From IMG/VR virus record IMGVR_UViG_3300023208_000399: a DNA stretch of 21,896 bases; one strand, given 5' to 3'. Origin of the DNA: an uncultured virus (IMG/VR IMGVR_UViG_3300023208_000399) (Duplodnaviria; Heunggongvirae; Uroviricota; Caudoviricetes). How positions within the stretch are numbered: position 1 is the stretch's first letter; the number at the start of each line of letters is the position of its first letter. Shown here in pieces: positions 15,550 through 21,896 of the stretch. A program made the position numbers and the translations under genes. The notes below the pieces were generated by a model that searched no databases, had not been told where the DNA came from, and saw nothing but the letters and a program-made list of their open reading frames with translations.

Positions 15550-17069
15550 TAAGTTCCTTGGTTAGGGTCTTGGGTAGCCGCGCCGATGGCGGCTTCCGCG
15601 ATGGCCGGGGTCGCGGCTTGCATGGCCTGTTGCGCCATGGCTTGCTGCTGCTCTTGGGCCATTTGTTCCTCCGTCTTCAGGAGGGTTTCGAGGCTTGAGA
15701 CACCGTGTTCATTGCCAAGGCGGCTCAAGAACGACGGGGCGTTCACGAGGCTGGCGAAGACTTGCGGCGTCAGGATTTGGATGGCGTCGGCGGCGAACGT
15801 GCGGAGGCGGTTGACCTCAGCGGCTCGACCAAGCGCAGCCAGACCCGTCACGATCTTGGGACGGATGCCGTCAGGGATCGGGGGGATGAGGTTTCGCTGT
15901 GCGGCGACGTAGAGATAGCGCGACGCAATCGGCTGCTGGAGTTCGGAAGCCAGCACCGAGAAGGAGCCGCCCAAGCCGTTCTCCAGTTCTTCGGACTGGC
16001 TGCGGATTTCCTCGGCGGTGACGCGCTCTGCATTGCGGAATTGAGTGACGAGGAAGGCTTCCTTCACCCGCGCCTCAATGGTCATCGTCACGTCTTTGAT
16101 GACGGCAAAGTCCTGCGACTTGTTCAGACCGAGCGTCTGGATCGCATCAGGCTCGCCATAGAGGTAGTCGCCGGATTCAGCCGCCGCGAGTTCTGCGACA
16201 TCGAGCGATGAACTCGGATTGACGACCGTGACCACGCGCGAGGCGATGGCCGCGAACTGCGTGATGGCCTTGTAGTTGTCCTCCATCGACAGGAGGTCGC
16301 CGAGATATTCGGTGATGTGGCTGCGGCCGTAATCGCTACCGGGAACGACGCTCCAGCGGGGCGCAAGCCAACCGGCCTGATCGGTCGGGATGGCGTCCGA
16401 CTTCGTGCCGGGGACTTCCTTGCCTTCGATCTCTTGCCAGTGGGTGACGAGGCCGTCGCGCTGTTCGACGACGGTGTAGACATCGACCTGCTGCTCATCC
16501 TTGTTCGGGTCCAGCTTCACGCCGAGGGCGGTGCGAACGGCCTCGGGAAGCGTGGAAGGCCAGACCTTCTCTTGGATGATGATGTCGGTGAACTGACCGT
16601 AGTTGTCTCGCTTCAACACGAACTGGTCGATGCGATAGACGCGAGGCGCGCGGTCCTGCGGCAGGTAGCCGACGACGTTGCCCGCTGCGATCAGTTGCTT
16701 GATGATTTCGCCCAGCGCGGGACGAACCTTGAGGTCGTCCATCATCGCGGCGGTCGTTTCGGCGACCTGCGAGAGGCGGGTGTCTACGTTGTTCTTGTCG
16801 GCCTGAAGCTGCGCCGCCGCGAAGGCGTCGAGTTCCAGTCGGAAGAACTGAACCGATGTCGGGAACAGGGTCGAAAGCAACCGGGCCGACAGGCTGCGGA
16901 GGCCGTGGGCGCCCGCCGACTGATAGGGTTGGCTCGGGGTGTAGTGTTCGTTCTGGCCCGGCTCTGGGATCAGGCCGGGAATGGTCAGGCGCGATGCTTG
17001 ACGCGCCTTCTCCAGAACGGAGTTGCGAGCAACAGACAGCGCGCTGAAACGCGCTGCTGCGGTCTTCAT
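15549..17069 (-). CDS. portal / head-tail connector protein (T7 gp8-like)
   Basis: 506 aa; PYQSAGAHGLRSLSARL, GSDYGRSHITEYLGDL, RNAERVTAEEIR and IVTGLAALGR motifs. Confidence 0.96.
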   Translation of the reverse strand: MKTAAARFSALSVARNSVLEKARQASRLTIPGLIPEPGQNEHYTPSQPYQSAGAHGLRSLSARLLSTLFPTSVQFFRLELDAFAAAQLQADKNNVDTRLSQVAETTAAMMDDLKVRPALGEIIKQLIAAGNVVGYLPQDRAPRVYRIDQFVLKRDNYGQFTDIIIQEKVWPSTLPEAVRTALGVKLDPNKDEQQVDVYTVVEQRDGLVTHWQEIEGKEVPGTKSDAIPTDQAGWLAPRWSVVPGSDYGRSHITEYLGDLLSMEDNYKAITQFAAIASRVVTVVNPSSSLDVAELAAAESGDYLYGEPDAIQTLGLNKSQDFAVIKDVTMTIEARVKEAFLVTQFRNAERVTAEEIRSQSEELENGLGGSFSVLASELQQPIASRYLYVAAQRNLIPPIPDGIRPKIVTGLAALGRAAEVNRLRTFAADAIQILTPQVFASLVNAPSFLSRLGNEHGVSSLETLLKTEEQMAQEQQQAMAQQAMQAATPAIAEAAIGAATQDPNQGT

Positions 17070-17078
17070 GCGGTGGGG

Positions 17079-17384
17079 TTAGACTTTCGAAGAGAGGGTT
17101 CTGTTCGTGATCGCCAGCGTCGGACGCATGGTCGTCAGGTCGGTCAGGCTGGAGCCGGAACCGACGCCTGATCCGCCGGTGACAGGCGGCGTCGAAGGAA
17201 CGGGGCTGACGGTTGGGTTTCCAGTCGTCGCGGTGCCCGTGGCCTTACGGATAGTCAGCGAGCGGACGCCGCCCTGACGGGCACGAACCACGGCATCAAG
17301 ACCGTCGAGGTAGGGGTTGCGAAGGATGGGTGCGTCGGCCGCGACGGGGGCTGAAACCACCTTCGGTTTCTTGAAGAGGCACAT
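17079..17384 (-). CDS. small virion protein, T7 gp6.7/gp7.3-like
   Basis: MCLFKKPK N-terminus and GVRSLTIRK segment; immediately upstream of the portal; SD AAGGAG. Confidence 0.7.
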   Translation of the reverse strand: MCLFKKPKVVSAPVAADAPILRNPYLDGLDAVVRARQGGVRSLTIRKATGTATTGNPTVSPVPSTPPVTGGSGVGSGSSLTDLTTMRPTLAITNRTLSSKV

Positions 17385-17396
17385 GGGGCGATCTCC

Positions 17397-17615
17397 TTAA
17401 AGGGCGTTCGGCCGCTCAAGGGATCGCTCGAACTGGCGTTTGATCTGGCGCGCGAAGTCGCGGCGGCCAGCGGCGAACATCACTTCCTCAATCGTCTGGC
17501 CGGGGCGCGGCATCGGCTCCGGGCAGTGCTTGTCGAGCCAAAGTATCAGGTCGGGGATATTGGTCGGGAAGGTGTTGTCCGCACCGTGGGCGGTGGGCTG
17601 ATGACGGTCGCTCAC
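17397..17615 (-). CDS. conserved small hypothetical protein of T7-like phages
   Basis: LILWLDKHCPEPMP...EEVMFAAGRRDF resembles small proteins found upstream of portal genes; GTGA overlap with the previous gene. Confidence 0.75.
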   Translation of the reverse strand: MSDRHQPTAHGADNTFPTNIPDLILWLDKHCPEPMPRPGQTIEEVMFAAGRRDFARQIKRQFERSLERPNAL

Positions 17616-17797
17616 GCGGCGGGCTTGTCTTTCCAGACGATGGAAACCACGCCGCCAACAGCGGCGCCGACTGCCAGTGCGACATCGACAAGAGCCGGAT
17701 CAATGACGATGCCGAAGGCGGTCGCGAGGGCGACGAGGCCGACGTAGGTGCTGCGCTCTTTGAGGCGCGGGAGGATGTAGTCGCGGACGAAATTCAT
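17612..17797 (-). CDS. putative holin-like small membrane protein
   Basis: 61 aa with RLKERSTYVGLV, two hydrophobic stretches and a charged C-terminus (WKDKPAA). The function is inferred. Confidence 0.6.
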   Translation of the reverse strand: MNFVRDYILPRLKERSTYVGLVALATAFGIVIDPALVDVALAVGAAVGGVVSIVWKDKPAA

Positions 17798-17823
17798 GGC
17801 GTCAGCCCTTTCGAGAAAATGGA

Positions 17824-18240
17824 ATGGGAAGGGGCATCCGCGTTAAATACGGGATGCTGAAATCAGAGGGCCGGTGGGCCGAGAAGATCGAAGGACTGCT
17901 GGCGCCCCACTCGATTGAAGAGGAGGCGCCCGCTCCACGACTTCTCAAAGAAGACGAAGGCGGCTGTGCCTACTGCGGGAACGAGCTTCCGCTATCGAGC
18001 CAAGCCAGAAGGTTCTGCAATGATCGCTGCAAGGTGATGGCCGCGAAGCGACGCTCGGTCGGCATGCCCGAGGCCAGAGGCACGGGCCTTGAGGTCACGA
18101 CCAAGTGCGCCGGATGCGCTGCTGACTTCACCTACTTGCGGGTCGGCAAGCCGAGACTGACGTGCAGCGAACGGTGTCAGCGTGTGGTGTCGAACCGAAA
18201 GAGACAGGCCCGACGACATCATCAGTCCCCCACATCCTGA
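17824..18240 (+). CDS. antisense-oriented protein with two Cys4 zinc-finger-like motifs (start could be ATG 17854)
   Basis: CAYC-x12-FCNDRC and CAGC-x14-TCSERC, each followed by a basic helix. Confidence 0.65.
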   Translation: MGRGIRVKYGMLKSEGRWAEKIEGLLAPHSIEEEAPAPRLLKEDEGGCAYCGNELPLSSQARRFCNDRCKVMAAKRRSVGMPEARGTGLEVTTKCAGCAADFTYLRVGKPRLTCSERCQRVVSNRKRQARRHHQSPTS

Positions 18241-18454
18241 ACGCCAGTGCGCCTTTGGGATCGGCAATCGAGATCAGGGTTCCGCCGGTAGGCTCGCGCC
18301 CCATGATGTAGAGGTCGTTCCAATCGTGCTGGATGCCCTGCGACAGGAGCCAAGCTGACGCCTCGTCGGCCAAGTCTGTCGGCATGAGGAAGTGCGCGGC
18401 GTCCGACTGCATCGGCCGGGCCAGCGCGACGAAGACTGACGGATCAGGCTTCAA
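18128..18454 (-). CDS. hypothetical protein
   Basis: TTG start overlaps the upstream TGA stop (TTGA). The first about 75 aa look protein-like; the 3' 113 nt overlap the convergent zinc-finger ORF. Confidence 0.55.
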   Translation of the reverse strand: MKPDPSVFVALARPMQSDAAHFLMPTDLADEASAWLLSQGIQHDWNDLYIMGREPTGGTLISIADPKGALAFRMWGTDDVVGPVSFGSTPHADTVRCTSVSACRPASR

Positions 18455-18759
18455 TCAATCCGGCGCAACTCGCCGTCAGCATAGTCGCGGATCGCTTGGA
18501 CGTGGACGGTGTGCGGGCCTTCCGCCGTCGAGAGCATTCGCTTCGCGCTGTTCAGGGCGTCATGACCGTCGATGCCAATGGCGTCGGAGATCACGGCTGC
18601 AACCAGAAACAAGGCCCGGACCTGATCCGAAGGATTGGCGTCTTGTATGCGCGAAAGCAGTTCGAATGCTGGCTCGCGCAGGATGGCGACCGTCGAGTCC
18701 GTGCGGACGCGATCACCGATTGAGGGAAGAGGGTTCATGGGATTGGTTCGGTTGTTCAA
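18451..18759 (-). CDS. conserved hypothetical phage protein (start may be ATG 18738)
   Basis: Helical protein (AFELLSRIQD...QVRAL...AIRDYADGEL) directly after the RNAP gene and co-oriented with it. Confidence 0.75.
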   Translation of the reverse strand: MNNRTNPMNPLPSIGDRVRTDSTVAILREPAFELLSRIQDANPSDQVRALFLVAAVISDAIGIDGHDALNSAKRMLSTAEGPHTVHVQAIRDYADGELRRID

Positions 18760-18774
18760 TAGCGGGCTGACGGC

Positions 18775-21195
18775 TCACGCGAACAGGTAATCAGAGCGTC
18801 GAACGCTCTGGATGTCGAAGTCGCCGAGGTCTGGAACCGGCGGGATTTGGTCGGCCCACTCGGGCGGTAGCTGCGAAACGAACTCTTCGCGGAAGACCTC
18901 AAGCCAGTTCGTCTCGTAGAGATCGGCGAAGGTGTTGCGGAGGATGCTTTGAAGCTCTGAAGCTCGCGCCGCGTGGACCCCGAAACTGTCGTGGACCACG
19001 GCCAACGAACGGATGTCGTGGTCGTAGCAGCGGTTGGCCACACCCATGAGGTGCGAGGCGTCCATGCTGTGGATCAGGTTTGGGCTGATGCCGTTGGCCT
19101 GACGTTTGGAGTCCAGCTTGCGTTGCTCGATCTTGGTTTCGAGCCGGATGCGCTGGCCCTTATATGTCACCACCACCCGGCCGGTCTTGCGGCTGGCGTA
19201 TGTCTGGAGAACCGGGAAGCCTGTCGGCGCCGTCCAGCGGATCGGGACGCCAGCTTTGGTCATGATCGACGCCACAGTTCGCAGCCACGCCATGGCCTCT
19301 GCGGCGGCGACGACCGTGCCCTGAACGCCGTCCCAGATTTCGGCCGCCATGTAGCGCGCGGCCAGATAGTTGTCGGCGTCGAGGTAGGGCTGACCCTCGC
19401 CGTCGATCTCGCGAAGGGTCTGGAGGATTTGGTCGCAGTAGCCGTATTTCGTGGCCGAGTAGGTGAAGGTCATCACCGGACGCTTGGTGATCTTGCGCGT
19501 GACCTTGTTGCCCTTCCACGCCGTGGCGTCGGGGTCGTAGCTGTCGTTGACCTTGGCCTGAACGTCGCGGGCGACATCGCTGTAGATGTCCTGCGGACGG
19601 TCGCCCGGTTCGAGGTTGACTGCCTTGGCTCCGATGGGATCGCGGAGCATTGCGCTGAAATGCTGGAGGCCGGAGTTCGACCCGTCGAGGCTGACAGGCA
19701 GATGGCTGATGAAATCGGCGCCCTCGTTGATGTAGCCCGCCCATTCCATACAGGCGGCCAGAGCCATGAAGGGGCTATCGGCCGTGGCCCAGAACCGTTG
19801 CCCGTCGAGGGGTTCCGCTGCGCTGTCGAGGATGGCGGCTTGGTTGGCGTGAACCCATTGGACCCGTTCTTCGAACGGAACCTTGTCGATGCCGAACAGA
19901 CCGGCGAGGTGGATCGCCAGCCAGCGGGCGCCGTCATGAGTGATCGGCTCGCCCTTGGCGAAAGTCAGGAGAGACTTGGCGACATCATCACCCTGCGGGT
20001 TCGGCCCGCCGGTGGACAGCGGATAGACGCGGCCTCGGAAATCCACCGAGTGTGGGAAGAAGATTTCTTCCTCGTCGGCGAACTTCGTCGCGACCCAGAG
20101 GCGTTGCGATAGGGCCAGCCGCTGGCTGACGTTCTTGGCGTTGAGGTCGTGGATGTCCGACGCCTCGCGCTTCCAGCGGTTGGCGGCCTCTTCGTTCTCC
20201 GCATAGTCCGCCGGACGTGGCGGGATCGGCTGCGGATTACGCGCCGGGAGATCGCCGAGGACGCCGCCGCCGTCCCAGATTTCGCGCATGATCGCGAGGA
20301 TGGGTGGGTTGATCTTCCACGCCGTCTCCTGCACCGCGTTCACGGCGTCATAGACGCCGGGCATCATGTGGTCGCGAAGCTGATCGTGATAGGCGGCGTT
20401 CGCCTGTTTCACGAGACGGTTGCCGGGCTGCTTGGTGACGTAGCCGCCCTTGAATGGCGACGACCAACGGCGCGGACGCACGATCATAGGAAGGTTGATC
20501 GGCTCCAGCAGTTCGCAGCGGGCGTGTTGCTGCTCCAGCCATTTGTGAACGGCCTCGGTCGGGCGGACATACTTGGTGCGCTGGCCTTGGCTCTCGATGG
20601 CGAACAGGCCGGTCGCATCGCAGAACAGTTCGATGGCCTTGACGCCGGTGCGGATACGCATGGCCAGCGGGAACGACTGATCCACGCCGTGTTCGGTCAT
20701 GACGTTCTGGATTTTGCGCTTCATCTTGGCCGAGCGGACGCCGTGCGCCTGAACGCGGAGGACGCCTTTGAAGACATCGGCGCGGGCGCGGCGAAGGGTC
20801 TCCATCTGGCCGTGCTCGATGATGGCGTCGGCGACGGCGATGGCGGTCGCGGTCAGCTTCTTGCCTTCGGCTGCGGCGGACAGGATCACGCGGCCGGTCA
20901 GATAGGCGGCCTCTTCGGCGCCGACACTGGAGAGGATCAGAGCAGCTTCCGGGGTGCGGGCACCGCCGCCGTGGTTCACGATGTCGCAGAACGACCGGAT
21001 CGCTTCGGCGGTGGGCTGGATGGCCAGACGCAGTAGCTGACGGCCGGGAGGCAGGTCGCCTTCCTCGTCCGTGCTGGAGGGTTCATGTCGCCACGGTAGC
21101 GGGCGGCGCGCACGATATCGGCTGGCGCCGAGCGCACGGCTCTCGTCCTCAAGCGCGATCTGTCGCGCCAGTTTGTCTTTGAAGGCTTCTCGCAC
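18775..21195 (-). CDS. single-subunit T7-type DNA-dependent RNA polymerase
   Basis: 806 aa with DFRGRVYP, motif A (LDGSNSGLQH), motif B (RKITKRPVMTFTY), PNLIHSMDASH and motif C (VHDSFG), all intact. An in-frame TAG two codons before the GTG limits the ORF. Confidence 0.98.
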   Translation of the reverse strand: MREAFKDKLARQIALEDESRALGASRYRARRPLPWRHEPSSTDEEGDLPPGRQLLRLAIQPTAEAIRSFCDIVNHGGGARTPEAALILSSVGAEEAAYLTGRVILSAAAEGKKLTATAIAVADAIIEHGQMETLRRARADVFKGVLRVQAHGVRSAKMKRKIQNVMTEHGVDQSFPLAMRIRTGVKAIELFCDATGLFAIESQGQRTKYVRPTEAVHKWLEQQHARCELLEPINLPMIVRPRRWSSPFKGGYVTKQPGNRLVKQANAAYHDQLRDHMMPGVYDAVNAVQETAWKINPPILAIMREIWDGGGVLGDLPARNPQPIPPRPADYAENEEAANRWKREASDIHDLNAKNVSQRLALSQRLWVATKFADEEEIFFPHSVDFRGRVYPLSTGGPNPQGDDVAKSLLTFAKGEPITHDGARWLAIHLAGLFGIDKVPFEERVQWVHANQAAILDSAAEPLDGQRFWATADSPFMALAACMEWAGYINEGADFISHLPVSLDGSNSGLQHFSAMLRDPIGAKAVNLEPGDRPQDIYSDVARDVQAKVNDSYDPDATAWKGNKVTRKITKRPVMTFTYSATKYGYCDQILQTLREIDGEGQPYLDADNYLAARYMAAEIWDGVQGTVVAAAEAMAWLRTVASIMTKAGVPIRWTAPTGFPVLQTYASRKTGRVVVTYKGQRIRLETKIEQRKLDSKRQANGISPNLIHSMDASHLMGVANRCYDHDIRSLAVVHDSFGVHAARASELQSILRNTFADLYETNWLEVFREEFVSQLPPEWADQIPPVPDLGDFDIQSVRRSDYLFA

Positions 21196-21407
21196 CTTCT
21201 ACTTATCATGGGAGCGCGGAGGCTTAACGCCGGGCAGAACCGACGACGCGCAACAACGCCCATAATTGCGTTGACCACATCTTCCTTGCTGTGGCACATA
21301 GGGGTTCTCACCAGCCACAGGAGGCCGCTATCCAAACCCTGTTTTCAATTGAGGAAATGGGTGACTCAGAGCAATCGTTTGGCAGACCCGTAAAAGGACC
21401 GCCAAAG
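21196..21407. promoter_or_regulatory. divergent control region with candidate operators and sigma70-like elements
   Basis: CAACGC-N8-GCGTTG (21254-21273) encloses CATAAT and overlaps TTGACC (21271-21276); also CCACA-N10-TGTGG (21275-21294) and CTGTGGC-N18-GCCACAG (21289-21320). Confidence 0.55.
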
Positions 21408-21896
21408 ATGCCCCGTCGCCGCAAATCCTCCGAAGAACTTCAAGGCTCTGTCGTCGAGGGCATCGACCTCAAGGCGCCGAGCCGCCTCAAGGAAGGGGCG
21501 GGCCAGTTCATGGCTCTGGCGAAGGCGTTGCAGATCATCGCCTACGAAATCCCGCCGCGCACATCGCTGCGCCAAATCTACGCCTTCGCGCTGATCGTCG
21601 AAGCCAACAGCCTCGGTAAGTCGATCATCATCAGCGACCTCAAAGAGATCGCGGGCGCCGACAACACGGGCGAGCCGATCTTCGGCCAGTCCATTGGCCG
21701 GTCCTATCAACTGCTCATGGAGCCGACCAAGCGCGACCCCGATGGGCTGGGCTGGATCAAGCTCGAAACCGACGAAGACGACCAACGCCGCAAAGTCATC
21801 CGCTTGACCGAAAAGGGAGAAGCCATCGCAAACCAACTCCGTCGAACCGTAGCCACTGGACAGAGCAAGGACGGAGACCATGACGTATCAGGCTAA
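21408..21896 (+). CDS. MarR-like winged helix-turn-helix transcriptional regulator
   Basis: ATG 21408 has AAAGGA upstream. SLRQIYAFALI...GLGWIKLETDEDDQRRKVIRLTEKGEAI contains the MarR-type wing signature D-x-R-R-K-x-x-x-L-T-x-K-G. Confidence 0.8.
   Translation: MPRRRKSSEELQGSVVEGIDLKAPSRLKEGAGQFMALAKALQIIAYEIPPRTSLRQIYAFALIVEANSLGKSIIISDLKEIAGADNTGEPIFGQSIGRSYQLLMEPTKRDPDGLGWIKLETDEDDQRRKVIRLTEKGEAIANQLRRTVATGQSKDGDHDVSG
21880..21896 (+). CDS. probable start of the next gene (truncated by the window end)
   Basis: GGAGA followed by ATG ACG TAT CAG GCT, overlapping the end of the regulator gene. Only five full codons are visible. Confidence 0.4.

Noticed and set aside
1957..21036. Many long plus-strand ORFs (e.g. 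1957-3393, 4258-5730, 7644-8801, 11472-12920, 12893-14452, 18973-20112)
   Set aside because: They are antisense shadows of high-GC genes that have clear phage identity on the minus strand, and they show no recognisable motifs.
21196..21407. Alphaproteobacterial LexA box (GTTC-N7-GTTC) or full CtrA box (TTAA-N7-TTAA) in the control region
   Set aside because: Only isolated half-sites are present, without correct spacing.
21291..21407. Longer starts for the wHTH gene (GTG 21291, ATG 21357)
   Set aside because: SD is absent or too close; ATG 21408 has better spacing and leaves room for promoters. Not fully excluded.
1..21896. CRISPR array, integrase, att site, IS element, intron or intein, diversity-generating retroelement
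   Set aside because: No repeat-spacer array, recombinase, transposase or reverse transcriptase motifs were seen, and the core genes are uninterrupted and of normal length.

Overview
High-GC window holding the RNA polymerase and virion-morphogenesis arm of a T7-like podophage (Autographiviridae type), probably a temperate phage or prophage of an alphaproteobacterium; the host is an inference. The minus strand reads: single-subunit RNA polymerase (18775-21195), two small hypotheticals, holin-like membrane protein, two small conserved proteins, portal, scaffold, major capsid, terminator, tail tubular proteins A and B, gp13-like protein, three internal virion (ejection) proteins, a T7-anchored chimeric tail fibre, a small coiled-coil protein and a second fibre gene running off the left end. 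The most unusual feature is the layout: the RNAP is the first gene of its unit, has no replication genes on either side within the window, and sits back-to-back with a divergent MarR-like winged-helix gene across about 210 bp containing palindromes, which looks like a genetic switch. Also notable are an apparent ATC start codon for the gp14-like gene, an M23 peptidase inserted inside the gp15-like ejection protein, a 248-nt multi-hairpin leader before the capsid gene and an antisense double zinc-finger gene. All family calls come from motif recognition and synteny, not database searches.
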